Origin: a phage | Strand: one strand, 5' to 3' | NCBI GenBank assembly: GCA_014686905.1 | Contig: GCA_014686905.1_4093.1 | DNA length: 64,000 bases | Part shown: positions 7,568 through 15,853 of the stretch, one piece after another | Layout of the letters: every line of letters begins with the position of its first letter | Position numbering within the stretch: position 1 is the stretch's first letter | Made by a program: the position numbers and the translations under genes | The notes under the pieces: generated by a model | What the model was told of the DNA's origin: nothing | Databases searched by the model: none | The model's input: only the letters and a program-made list of their open reading frames with translations

Positions 7568-7963
7568 ATGATTACTAAATTCTACGCTACCCGTGAAGCT
7601 GCCCGTATTGTTGCACGCGAGGAAGGAGCAGCATTTAAAGACATGGGCAAAGATGCACCGAAAGGTCAACGCTGGGCCGTACAGTTCAAAGAAATCTCTG
7701 ATATCGTGAATTCACCGGAGCCAGTACTAACAGCAGCAGAACTAAAACGAGCGGATTTACTGGCGGCAGTACTTAACGCACAAGATGAATTTATCGCTGA
7801 TTCTGATATCAAAGTACAGACAAACCATACCGCTTGGACTCACGCGGATCACCTGGCAAACCTTAAGCGTCCAAGTGAACTGGTACGCAACCAGAAAGAG
7901 ATCCGACACGACCGTAAGGGTAATCGTGTAACAGTATACAGTAAACGCCGCCAGGTTATCTAA
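7568..7963 (+). CDS. hypothetical protein (131 aa)
   Basis: RBS AGGA then ATG 7568 (alternative start 7559). Confidence 0.6.
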   Translation: MITKFYATREAARIVAREEGAAFKDMGKDAPKGQRWAVQFKEISDIVNSPEPVLTAAELKRADLLAAVLNAQDEFIADSDIKVQTNHTAWTHADHLANLKRPSELVRNQKEIRHDRKGNRVTVYSKRRQVI

Positions 7964-7985
7964 TAACTTGCAGTACTAACAACAC

Positions 7986-8010
7986 GGCGGGATCAGTTCC
8001 CGCCTTTTTT
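7986..8010 (+). terminator. rho-independent terminator
   Basis: hairpin GGCGGGA-TCAG-TTCCCGCC followed by TTTTTT. Confidence 0.75.
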
Positions 8011-8025
8011 ATAGGATAAACTAAA

Positions 8026-8280
8026 ATGATTAAGGTACAACTATCTAAAGATAATATCTTGCGGGTACACTATAAAGCACCACAGAGAATCATCACAAAG
8101 GCCGTACAGCTTGCTAATGAGTTTATTAATGGTAACCTATTACCAAGGAAGTTAAGCAACGGAAAACTGCGTGTAATCGATGTAGACACTAACAACAGAA
8201 TAGTAATAGAGAACACAGGAAAGATAAACCTTTATGAACATCAACAATATAATAAGAAAATAAAACTAATATCACGTTGA
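8026..8280 (+). CDS. hypothetical basic protein (84 aa)
   Basis: RBS AGGA, ATG 8026. Confidence 0.55.
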   Translation: MIKVQLSKDNILRVHYKAPQRIITKAVQLANEFINGNLLPRKLSNGKLRVIDVDTNNRIVIENTGKINLYEHQQYNKKIKLISR

Positions 8281-8333
8281 CAGTACTCAATTGTTTTAGT
8301 ATTATGTACACATACCAACACGGGAGAAACAAA

Positions 8334-8552
8334 ATGAAATTATCTAAAATCGAAAAGAAAACTATTGATGAAGCAGTTAAGCACGGTTATACCTTTCGTA
8401 ATGATTCACATTTTACCAATTTTCAACAAGGCCAAAGGACTATTAAAAAACTAATTGACAAAGGTTTATTAGTTAAAGTAGATAACGGTAACGGCATTGA
8501 GTATCAGCCAACCCAAGACGCATTATCTTTAAAGAAATATGCAATTATCTAA
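8334..8552 (+). CDS. hypothetical protein (72 aa)
   Basis: ATG 8334 after duplicated promoter/RBS block 8277-8333. Confidence 0.5.
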   Translation: MKLSKIEKKTIDEAVKHGYTFRNDSHFTNFQQGQRTIKKLIDKGLLVKVDNGNGIEYQPTQDALSLKKYAII

Positions 8553-8609
8553 TTGACAGTACTCAAATGTTTTAGTACTATATGTACATACCAACACGGG
8601 GGAAACAAA

Positions 8610-8852
8610 ATGATTACTTTAGAAAAACGTATCAAAGAAACTACATCGCTGGTGGAACTGTTAACAGTACTGAAATGTAAAACAACACCATTCAGCACGC
8701 CGGACTTTATTAATATGGTTGATGTTAATGGTCGCTATCGTATCACGGTCGAACAAGGAGCGGCGAAAGTATTCAGTACTAAAAACACTAAGGAAGTGAT
8801 CCACGCCGTTAATGTTAAAAAAGTAGTTGCAATTGATAGTAAAGTACTGTAA
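8610..8852 (+). CDS. hypothetical protein (80 aa)
   Basis: ATG 8610 after duplicated promoter/RBS block 8553-8609. Confidence 0.5.
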   Translation: MITLEKRIKETTSLVELLTVLKCKTTPFSTPDFINMVDVNGRYRITVEQGAAKVFSTKNTKEVIHAVNVKKVVAIDSKVL

Positions 8853-8883
8853 TATAGTTTCATTAACTCAAGGAGAACATGCA

Positions 8884-9468
8884 ATGCGTAATTATACTAA
8901 ATTCATCCGTACCCTGTCAGAAATGGAAACTAACAAAGAGATCCTTTCAGCTTGTCGGTTAGCTGGACTGGAGATCATCGGGGCGGGATCTTCCCGTATA
9001 GTTTTCGCTTTAAATGATCGGTTAGTGATTAAGGTCGCCAATTGTGATGCGGGTGTAGAACAAAATGAAACTGAATGTAAGGTATGGAATTTTTTAGACT
9101 ATGACCGCCCTCAATTGAAACAGTACTTTGCTAAAGTGCATATGCATTTAAGCGATCCTGATAATATGTTTATCGTTATGGATCGGTTGAGTACTGCAAG
9201 CAAAGGCAGTGTAAAGCACGTTAACGCGTGCAACGAATTAAAGTACAATATTAAACGTAATGCAATTGAACGCCAGCACCGCTTTGCTGATGCACTACAA
9301 CACGTTGATGATACACTGTCAACACTAACGATAAGAGATATCAGAAAACAGAATATCGGCCAGGATCGCAACGGCCTTATTAAAGTACTTGATTACGGTT
9401 TAACCCGCAATATCTGGAATCAGTACTATAAAAAGCGGGATGTAAAAGCCGTAACTATAACACGATAA
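8884..9468 (+). CDS. minimal protein-kinase-like protein (194 aa)
   Basis: Gly-rich loop GAGSSRIVF, VIKVA lysine, catalytic-loop-like RDIRKQN, DFG-like LDYG with kinase-like spacing; RBS AGGAGA. Confidence 0.55.
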   Translation: MRNYTKFIRTLSEMETNKEILSACRLAGLEIIGAGSSRIVFALNDRLVIKVANCDAGVEQNETECKVWNFLDYDRPQLKQYFAKVHMHLSDPDNMFIVMDRLSTASKGSVKHVNACNELKYNIKRNAIERQHRFADALQHVDDTLSTLTIRDIRKQNIGQDRNGLIKVLDYGLTRNIWNQYYKKRDVKAVTITR

Positions 9469-9477
9469 AAAAGATTA

Positions 9478-9575
9478 AAAAAGGGATTGACTTCGGTCAG
9501 TCCCTTTGCTATTATATATTCATTGAGAGATAGCTCACTGACCCACAGGGTGCATAAATGTATCTATTATATAAG
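9478..9575 (+). repeat. REP-A intergenic element copy 3
   Basis: hairpin GGGATTGAC-TTCG-GTCAGTCCC 9483-9504 then T-run; conserved box CCCACAGGGTGCATAAATGTATCTATT. Confidence 0.6.
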
Positions 9576-9600
9576 TATTCAGTACTGAAAACTATTTTTA

Positions 9601-9671
9601 AAAAAGTACTTGCATTGTACTTAGAATCAAGTATAATGTTTTATATCGAGAGGGGGAAATGGTTCTCCCTC
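9601..9671 (+). promoter_or_regulatory. sigma70-like early promoter plus 5' leader stem-loop
   Basis: TTGCAT 9610-9615, TATAAT 9632-9637; hairpin 9648-9671. Confidence 0.6.
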
Positions 9672-9691
9672 AAAGAATAAGGAATAAAATC

Positions 9692-9913
9692 ATGACTACA
9701 ATGACTTGCATTTACGCTTCCAATCTTCTGAATGATGCGGCCTTTAATGTTGATTCAGAATATCAATGTTATCGGGATGAAAATAAAAAAGTTTTTGTAG
9801 TTGATAATAATGGTTTCCATATTGAATTACAATCCGGTTTCACTGGTGTTGATGGTAAATCAGTATGGGGCGTACAGGATGATAACGGTACATATCATTT
9901 TAAACGTAATTAA
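9692..9913 (+). CDS. hypothetical protein (73 aa)
   Basis: RBS AAGGAATAAA, ATG 9692 (internal Met of track ORF 9659..9913). Confidence 0.55.
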   Translation: MTTMTCIYASNLLNDAAFNVDSEYQCYRDENKKVFVVDNNGFHIELQSGFTGVDGKSVWGVQDDNGTYHFKRN

Positions 9914-9975
9914 GTATTGACAAAGTATCTTAGTACTGTATAATAGTTTACATCAAGGGGAGAATAGTTCTCCCC
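9911..9975 (+). promoter_or_regulatory. sigma70-like early promoter plus 5' leader stem-loop
   Basis: TTGACA 9917-9922, TG-n-TATAAT 9939-9944; hairpin GGGGAGAA/TTCTCCCC 9957-9975. Confidence 0.65.
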
Positions 9976-9997
9976 GATACTAAAAGGAAACAAAATT

Positions 9998-10270
9998 ATG
10001 TCCAGCTACTCCGCTACTATGATCATTAAAGATATGAACGGTAATCCTACTTCTGCTGGTGGATCATTTGGAAACATTAATTTAGATGGTCGGTTATCCA
10101 TGCAATCAGCCATCGATGCAGCGAAAGAAGTTTTTAAGAATGAATGTACTGTTAGTAAGCTGGATTATATGGGATTCGCTATCGAGAAAACTAATCGTTT
10201 TGTGAACTACAAAAATCCACTGATGATTGATACTAACCTGAAAGCTAACGAAGTGGGGTACTTATTATGA
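9998..10270 (+). CDS. hypothetical protein (90 aa)
   Basis: RBS AAAGGAAAC, ATG 9998. Confidence 0.6.
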   Translation: MSSYSATMIIKDMNGNPTSAGGSFGNINLDGRLSMQSAIDAAKEVFKNECTVSKLDYMGFAIEKTNRFVNYKNPLMIDTNLKANEVGYLL

Positions 10271-10458
10271 CAGTAGAAGAAGTTAAAAAAGTACTGGCAG
10301 TACTACGCTATCATAATCATTGCAAGGTGAAGAATGATCCTGATTATGTTGATTCATCCCTGGAGGAAGACACATTAAACGCAATAAGCCATATGCAAAC
10401 ATTAGCAAAGCGTATGACCGAAAAGAATAGACCGGACTATATCGGAAATAAAATTTAA
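10267..10458 (+). CDS. hypothetical protein (63 aa)
   Basis: ATGA overlap with upstream stop. Confidence 0.5.
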   Translation: MTVEEVKKVLAVLRYHNHCKVKNDPDYVDSSLEEDTLNAISHMQTLAKRMTEKNRPDYIGNKI

Positions 10459-10526
10459 AAAGTACTTGCATTGTAGTTAGATTAACGTATAATGTTTTAC
10501 ATAGAGCGGGGGAATAGTTCTCCCGC
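10456..10526 (+). promoter_or_regulatory. sigma70-like early promoter plus 5' leader stem-loop
   Basis: TTGCAT 10466-10471, TATAAT 10488-10493; hairpin GCGGGGGAA/TTCTCCCGC 10506-10526. Confidence 0.6.
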
Positions 10527-10544
10527 CAGTCCAGGAGATACACC

Positions 10545-10808
10545 ATGAACACTATCGAAATCACTATCAATGCACACGTATACGACAACGTAGTACTGCA
10601 AACTACTATGACCGCTAATGATACCAGTACTTTGCGGAATACTGTTATTAGTGCCGTATGTGCCGCTATCGGTGATGTCGCCCTGGAAAATGCAGAACAC
10701 ATCAACGACGGTTTCACTATGTGCAAACGTGATAACGCAAAACATATCATCGTAGAAGGTTACGGCGGTGTAGAATATAATCTTTATATGAAAAAAGTAC
10801 TTGCATAA
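10545..10808 (+). CDS. hypothetical protein (87 aa)
   Basis: RBS AGGAGA, ATG 10545. Confidence 0.55.
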   Translation: MNTIEITINAHVYDNVVLQTTMTANDTSTLRNTVISAVCAAIGDVALENAEHINDGFTMCKRDNAKHIIVEGYGGVEYNLYMKKVLA

Positions 10809-10857
10809 TAACTAAAACAAAGTATAATGTTTTGCATAGGGGGAGATATCCTCCCCC
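10791..10857 (+). promoter_or_regulatory. sigma70-like early promoter plus 5' leader stem-loop
   Basis: TTGCAT 10801-10806, TATAAT 10823-10828; hairpin GGGGGAG/CTCCCCC 10838-10857. Confidence 0.6.
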
Positions 10858-10875
10858 ACTAAAAGGAGTAATAAA

Positions 10876-11100
10876 ATGGCTAACTTTGATGAACTGATGC
10901 GGGAAGTAGCTAACCTGGCAGAAGAGAAAAAATCATTCGATTCTATCTATAACACCGCTCACCGTGATTCAGTACTGGCATGTACTCAGGATCAAAAAGA
11001 TGAACTAATCGCCACATATCATGAAGCATGGAAGTACTACCGCCAATGGGAGAAAGAAGAAAGCGAGTCTACCATCAACGGCATCAATAATCTAATCTAA
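10876..11100 (+). CDS. hypothetical protein (74 aa)
   Basis: RBS AAAGGAG, ATG 10876. Confidence 0.6.
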   Translation: MANFDELMREVANLAEEKKSFDSIYNTAHRDSVLACTQDQKDELIATYHEAWKYYRQWEKEESESTINGINNLI

Positions 11101-11176
11101 AAGTTTTATTTCAGTACTATTGACATAGCTTGATAGTACTGATGTAATAACTTTACTAACTACAAGGGGAAACATA

Positions 11177-11434
11177 ATGGAACAGTTCACACAATATCGG
11201 GTAAATCCTCAAGCTATGGCCTACGTAGAAGACCATAAAACGTTACCAGTACTAACACCAATTAAAGGCCATATCTATCGTGCAATGTCATGGAATACGG
11301 CCCAGGATGGATATACTACCGCTGGCGTGGGTATGTATTGCGGGAATGGTGAATGGTTTGATCCAAATAATCCGGTAGCCATTGACAGTACTGAAAAAAT
11401 GAAATGGGCCGACTACATCGAAGATATTTCATAA
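11177..11434 (+). CDS. hypothetical protein (85 aa)
   Basis: promoter TTGACA...TGTAAT upstream; RBS AGGGGAAA. Confidence 0.6.
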   Translation: MEQFTQYRVNPQAMAYVEDHKTLPVLTPIKGHIYRAMSWNTAQDGYTTAGVGMYCGNGEWFDPNNPVAIDSTEKMKWADYIEDIS

Positions 11435-11501
11435 AACTATTTGACAGTACTAACCAGTAATGTATAATGTTTTACATAGAGCGGGGGAATAGTTCTCCCG
11501 C
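11435..11501 (+). promoter_or_regulatory. sigma70-like early promoter plus 5' leader stem-loop
   Basis: TTGACA 11441-11446, TG-n-TATAAT 11463-11468; hairpin 11480-11501. Confidence 0.6.
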
Positions 11502-11523
11502 CAATAGTTTGGAGTAAAACATT

Positions 11524-11724
11524 ATGTCTATCGCTATCGCCCTGGTTGAAGTACTGAAAGAAGCTAAAGCCAACCTTATCGATGTACAGATTAAGGAATT
11601 GCAAAATGGTTTAATCGGCTGTACTTGTACCGCTGGTGGAGCGGCAGACTATCGGGAATTCGAATCACTTGAATCGATGGTCCGTTATCTTACCATGATC
11701 GTAGAAGATTGGAGAATCATCTAA
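11524..11724 (+). CDS. hypothetical protein (66 aa)
   Basis: RBS GGAG, ATG 11524. Confidence 0.55.
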   Translation: MSIAIALVEVLKEAKANLIDVQIKELQNGLIGCTCTAGGAADYREFESLESMVRYLTMIVEDWRII

Positions 11725-11737
11725 CAAAAAAGAATAA

Positions 11738-11830
11738 AAAAAGGGATTGACTCCGGTCAGTCCCTTTGCTATTATATACGCATAGACAAAAACTAGCCCA
11801 CTGGGTGCAGGAGTGTATCTAAAATATATA
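11738..11830 (+). repeat. REP-A intergenic element copy 4
   Basis: hairpin GGGATTGAC-TCCG-GTCAGTCCC 11743-11764 then T-run; diverged box GCCCACTGGGTGCAGGAGTGTATCTA. Confidence 0.55.
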
Positions 11831-11969
11831 GTTAATAACGGTGAGTAACTATCTGCTGGTGGGGTGAAAACTATTAATAAAAAAGTATTGACAAAGTATA
11901 TCAGTACTGCAATAATGTATCTCGTAGGGCGGCAATGGTGCGACGGCCCACAAAGTTAGGAGATTCAAA

Positions 11970-12302
11970 ATGAGTACTTCAATCGCTATCGTTAAAGCTT
12001 TCATCCGTACCAATGTTTCATCTGTATTCATCGACGGTCTGGATCGGGAAGTAGAATACTCAATCATTATCGCACAGACTGCAAACGGTGCTCGGTATAT
12101 CCTTAATGATAGTGAAGCAAATCACTACTACTTCACTAAAGCCACTGGCTTTAAACGCATCGATGCTGATGTAGTATACGCTAAGATGAATAAGCTGGTA
12201 GACAAGATTAACGCGAAAGGTACTATCGATTTACAGTACTGGAACGAAACCTATCCAGAATATGGATCTCACCGTTACCTGAATCCAGGTATTAAAATGT
12301 AA
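11970..12302 (+). CDS. hypothetical protein (110 aa)
   Basis: promoter TTGACA...GCAATAAT upstream; RBS AGGAGA. Confidence 0.6.
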   Translation: MSTSIAIVKAFIRTNVSSVFIDGLDREVEYSIIIAQTANGARYILNDSEANHYYFTKATGFKRIDADVVYAKMNKLVDKINAKGTIDLQYWNETYPEYGSHRYLNPGIKM

Positions 12303-12370
12303 AAAGTACTTGCATAGTACTTAGAATCAAGTATAATGTTTTACATAGAGAGGGGGAAATGGTTCTCCCT
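12301..12370 (+). promoter_or_regulatory. sigma70-like early promoter plus 5' leader stem-loop
   Basis: TTGCAT 12309-12314, TATAAT 12331-12336; hairpin 12347-12370. Confidence 0.6.
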
Positions 12371-12391
12371 CCTAAATTAAGGAGTTTTATC

Positions 12392-12793
12392 ATGACCTTC
12401 TCAATCAATTCCTTCGCTGACGTTTTAGTACTGGCTCGGACTTTTGGTAAAGATGCACTGGAGTACGCTGTAAGTAATGGTACTATCCAACCGGAACAGT
12501 GCCGCATCATTGGAAACTGCAAACGTTGGGCGGTATCCAATACTATTGCACTGGAAAACTTCCACGATGGCAACAATGAATATTCTGTTGATGTAGTATT
12601 CGAAGCCGTTGATCTCGGCGGTATCTATAATACTAACCTGAATGATGTGCGTATCGTTCGCACGGGGTTCGGTGCTTATGATGTATCTATCCGTGAAGCT
12701 ATGGACACCGGATACATTAGCAAGGACTTACTTGCTCACATCATGCAGCTGTGTACGGAACGTAACGAAGCACGCACTATCTTAGGACTGTAA
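12392..12793 (+). CDS. hypothetical protein (133 aa)
   Basis: RBS AAGGAG, ATG 12392 (internal Met of track ORF 12359..12793). Confidence 0.6.
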   Translation: MTFSINSFADVLVLARTFGKDALEYAVSNGTIQPEQCRIIGNCKRWAVSNTIALENFHDGNNEYSVDVVFEAVDLGGIYNTNLNDVRIVRTGFGAYDVSIREAMDTGYISKDLLAHIMQLCTERNEARTILGL

Positions 12794-12817
12794 GCGTTAC
12801 ACATCACCAAACATCAT

Positions 12818-12840
12818 AGGCCGCCTTGTAGCGGCCTTAA
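12818..12840 (+). terminator. putative intrinsic terminator
   Basis: hairpin AGGCCGC-CTTGTA-GCGGCCT; weak T-tract. Confidence 0.4.
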
Positions 12841-12861
12841 CTATATCAGGAGTACATACAC

Positions 12862-13071
12862 ATGATCTATACAGTATACAGCGTTCTAGGCACTATTGCA
12901 GGCGTACATGATAACGTCGATAGTGCTATGCGTACAGTACTGCAACAGGTTCCACTAAAGCCTAAGACCATTAAGCAGATGACAGCACGACTAACCAGGG
13001 CGACCGATGGCGTGGAAGTATGGCAGGACTACGGGGATACACAGATAATCGTTAGCGTAACGAAGGATTAA
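12862..13071 (+). CDS. hypothetical protein (69 aa)
   Basis: RBS AGGAG, ATG 12862. Confidence 0.5.
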   Translation: MIYTVYSVLGTIAGVHDNVDSAMRTVLQQVPLKPKTIKQMTARLTRATDGVEVWQDYGDTQIIVSVTKD

Positions 13072-13097
13072 TGCGTAAAGGGATCTAGTACTGATTC

Positions 13098-13166
13098 AGA
13101 AAAAAGTCAAGGCGTTTTTAAAATTATGCGTTAAAAAAATGCATAGGTAATCCCTTGACTTTTTTG
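13098..13166. repeat. inverted repeat in non-coding junction
   Basis: AAAAAAGTCAAGG ... CCTTGACTTTTTT separated by ~40 nt; several AAAGGG boxes downstream. Confidence 0.5.
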
Positions 13167-13290
13167 AAATAAAAGGGATTGGACTATGGCAAAATGCGTA
13201 GGGGGCTAAAGGGCGGGTAACCTTAGCGACTTCGATAAAGGGGTATTACGAATAAAATGTTATTGACTTTTTATATGAATCGTATAAAAT

Positions 13291-13518
13291 ATGATCGATA
13301 ATAATTTTAAGGGAGTCCCTATGCGTATTTTAACTAAAGAACAGCACCACGAAAGACTTATCAATAACATGGCTATGATAATGTATAAGTCCCATGACCG
13401 TGGTATTGCCTATAAGCGTGAATTAATTATGGCACTATTCATTGGAACTAACTTTCAGGAAAGGTATGTCAACGATTGGATTTGGTATTTAATTGAAGAT
13501 ATAACGAGTAAACTATGA
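13291..13518 (+). CDS. LGTNYQ-family mini-protein
   Basis: motif FIGTNFQERY; RBS AAGGGAG. Confidence 0.6.
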   Translation: MIDNNFKGVPMRILTKEQHHERLINNMAMIMYKSHDRGIAYKRELIMALFIGTNFQERYVNDWIWYLIEDITSKL

Positions 13519-13715
13519 AAATGCGTATTTTAAATAAAGAAGAATATCAATCACTGTTACGTAAAAACTTCACAAAGATTTATAATACAGACACACACGT
13601 AGAACGAATGGAGTTATACCTTTTGATTACATTGGGAACAAACTATCAGGGTAGATGGGTGTGGCAATATATGGATACATTGAAAAATAAAATATTGTCC
13701 ACGAGGAAACAATGA
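13515..13715 (+). CDS. LGTNYQ-family mini-protein
   Basis: motif TLGTNYQGRW; ATGA coupling. Confidence 0.6.
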   Translation: MKMRILNKEEYQSLLRKNFTKIYNTDTHVERMELYLLITLGTNYQGRWVWQYMDTLKNKILSTRKQ

Positions 13716-13921
13716 AAACTATAACACGAACCCAATCATACGGTCTTATCTTGAAATACATGGACTTAATGGTGGATATCAGCAAAGACCTGCCTAAAAC
13801 TGAAATTGAAGTTGCAAGAGCAGAGATCCGCATGTTGGCTGTACTGAACACAAACCATCAGGAAGATTATGTTGAAGAATGGATTCGATTTTTAATTCAA
13901 GATATAAAGAGTAAATTATGA
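13712..13921 (+). CDS. LGTNYQ-family mini-protein
   Basis: motif VLNTNHQEDY; ATGA coupling. Confidence 0.6.
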   Translation: MKTITRTQSYGLILKYMDLMVDISKDLPKTEIEVARAEIRMLAVLNTNHQEDYVEEWIRFLIQDIKSKL

Positions 13922-14133
13922 TTATTATAGAAAACTCATATCAATATACTGAACGCATCGCTGCCAGACAACTTGAAATCCTCATAATATACGAAGAGAC
14001 TTCTGATTTAAACTTAGCCGAGGTATTGGAAAATGAAATACTTTTGGGTGCATTCTTGGGAACAGACTATCAGGAGTATTATGAGGAAAAGTATTTGTCA
14101 TCTCTTGAGAAATACATCAGGAGTAAATTATGA
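13918..14133 (+). CDS. LGTNYQ-family mini-protein
   Basis: motif FLGTDYQEYY. Confidence 0.6.
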   Translation: MIIIENSYQYTERIAARQLEILIIYEETSDLNLAEVLENEILLGAFLGTDYQEYYEEKYLSSLEKYIRSKL

Positions 14134-14342
14134 TTATATTAACACCTGAAGAATATAAGAAACGTTTTAATTCTGTCCAGACTGAAATATTACTTATATA
14201 CCTTTCAAATGCAGACCTTAACTTATCAAGGGCAATGGAGAAGGATTTACTTATGGGTGCATTTTTGGATACAGACTTTCAGGTGTATTATGTAGGGGAA
14301 TACTTAATTGCACTCCAGAATTACATTAGGAGTAAACTATGA
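14130..14342 (+). CDS. LGTNYQ-family mini-protein
   Basis: motif FLDTDFQVYY. Confidence 0.6.
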   Translation: MIILTPEEYKKRFNSVQTEILLIYLSNADLNLSRAMEKDLLMGAFLDTDFQVYYVGEYLIALQNYIRSKL

Positions 14343-14566
14343 AACATTTAAGTAATATTGAGAAGATGAGAATTATCATTGATGCATTAAACAAATACGA
14401 TACCCTTTTACAAATAAAAGGTTTAACTCGATTGGAACACAAGATAAACACCACCGATGTACGCATGTTGGCTGTACTGGGGACGAACTTTCAGGAAGAG
14501 TATGTTGTTGCACACATAGTTGCACTCACTAATTACATAATGGACAAATGTAATGAACATCATTAA
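14339..14566 (+). CDS. LGTNYQ-family mini-protein
   Basis: motif VLGTNFQEEY. Confidence 0.6.
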   Translation: MKHLSNIEKMRIIIDALNKYDTLLQIKGLTRLEHKINTTDVRMLAVLGTNFQEEYVVAHIVALTNYIMDKCNEHH

Positions 14567-14777
14567 TAACTTTGAATACGAGGCCCGTGCTAAGAGTGCC
14601 AGAAAAAAAGAGAACACCATTTACTTCACTATGATGTACTTACAATGGACTGAAATTGAAGAAAAGGTTGCTGAAGTTTGGATGTTGGAATTCATGGGGA
14701 CGCAGTATCAGAATAGGTTTGCGGGTGAGTATATCAATGTTCTTATGAAACAAATAGAAAGAAAGGAAAAGAACTAA
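14553..14777 (+). CDS. LGTNYQ-family mini-protein
   Basis: motif FMGTQYQNRF. Confidence 0.6.
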   Translation: MNIINNFEYEARAKSARKKENTIYFTMMYLQWTEIEEKVAEVWMLEFMGTQYQNRFAGEYINVLMKQIERKEKN

Positions 14778-14935
14778 TGGTTTTCATTAACATATCTGAC
14801 CAACTCGATACTAAACTAGAAGTCGAGCAGAGTGAGGGATGGATGCTGTACTTTCTTGGAACTTCTCATCAGAATTTTTATATCCATGAACACATAGTTG
14901 CACTCAAGAATTACATTATGGACAAATGCAAATGA
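14777..14935 (+). CDS. LGTNYQ-family mini-protein (short, 52 aa)
   Basis: motif FLGTSHQNFY; ATG shares A with upstream TAA; below track cut-off. Confidence 0.5.
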   Translation: MVFINISDQLDTKLEVEQSEGWMLYFLGTSHQNFYIHEHIVALKNYIMDKCK

Positions 14936-15189
14936 AATACTTAACACAAGATGAATATTCACTTAGAATTCGAAAGCTCACCCCAGAAGCAAGAGTAATC
15001 TACGATGACCCCACCCTTACATGGAACCAAATGCGAGCTAAAGTTAATGAGCTATGGTTGCTGTACTTTATGGGGACTCAATATCAAGATAAGTTTTGCA
15101 AAGAATTTGTCGATCAATTAATGAATGTTATACAGGATAAACTAGATGAATATTGGCTCGCAAAACATGAAGACTTTATCAGGAGTTGA
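14926..15189 (+). CDS. LGTNYQ-family mini-protein
   Basis: motif FMGTQYQDKF. Confidence 0.6.
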   Translation: MQMKYLTQDEYSLRIRKLTPEARVIYDDPTLTWNQMRAKVNELWLLYFMGTQYQDKFCKEFVDQLMNVIQDKLDEYWLAKHEDFIRS

Positions 15190-15418
15190 GTATCAAACTG
15201 CCCTCTTCTCTCTTATTAACACCCTTAGAAAAAACAATGCATTACATGGTGCACCTGAAGTGGATGTTATCAACGGTGATGTTTATCTTATGAAATTCAT
15301 TGGAACAAACTATCAAGATCTGTTCATTCAACGATACTTGGCATCATTAAGAAACCAAATCCAATATAAAACCCAGAGAGCCAAAAAAGAATGGAATAAA
15401 CAATGCGACAAAGACTAA
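15167..15418 (+). CDS. LGTNYQ-family mini-protein
   Basis: motif FIGTNYQDLF; start uncertain (15146 or 15167). Confidence 0.5.
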   Translation: MKTLSGVEYQTALFSLINTLRKNNALHGAPEVDVINGDVYLMKFIGTNYQDLFIQRYLASLRNQIQYKTQRAKKEWNKQCDKD

Positions 15419-15651
15419 ATCACAAAATGTATTGTAAACTATTGCAGACACTGGCACAGAAACACTATGACACGGTATCTGAAATATTACCCTATGATAT
15501 CATGCGTTTACTTCACTGTGAGGCCGAGATGCTTGTACTGATGACAGGCACTGATAAAACAGCAATCGCCAGATCGATAGAGCAATATATTGATGCACAC
15601 TGCCAACACATGAGAACCGAAATCTGGAGGAAAGAGAATGATAATTCTTAA
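15403..15651 (+). CDS. LGTNYQ-family mini-protein (degenerate motif)
   Basis: motif LMTGTDKTAI; same size and array position. Confidence 0.5.
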   Translation: MRQRLNHKMYCKLLQTLAQKHYDTVSEILPYDIMRLLHCEAEMLVLMTGTDKTAIARSIEQYIDAHCQHMRTEIWRKENDNS

Positions 15652-15853
15652 TGAGTATCAGTATCATTGGAGGTTACAAACTATCAAATCAAAAGTGTAT
15701 AGTATTGTGTTAAACAAATCTATTGCACAAGAGGACAAATGTGTTATAATAGCTGAAATGAAGTTGGGTGTATTCGTAGGGACAAACTATCAAAACATCT
15801 ACACTGACGTATTATTAAGTTCCTTACGTAACAAGGTGGTATCCAAAATATGA
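15638..15853 (+). CDS. LGTNYQ-family mini-protein
   Basis: motif FVGTNYQNIY. Confidence 0.6.
   Translation: MIILNEYQYHWRLQTIKSKVYSIVLNKSIAQEDKCVIIAEMKLGVFVGTNYQNIYTDVLLSSLRNKVVSKI

Noticed and set aside
10283-10750. 155-aa minus-strand ORF (also 10497..10745 minus)
   Set aside because: It overlaps promoter- and RBS-led + strand genes, has no upstream signals of its own, and is the sort of antisense frame that stays open by chance in AT-rich DNA
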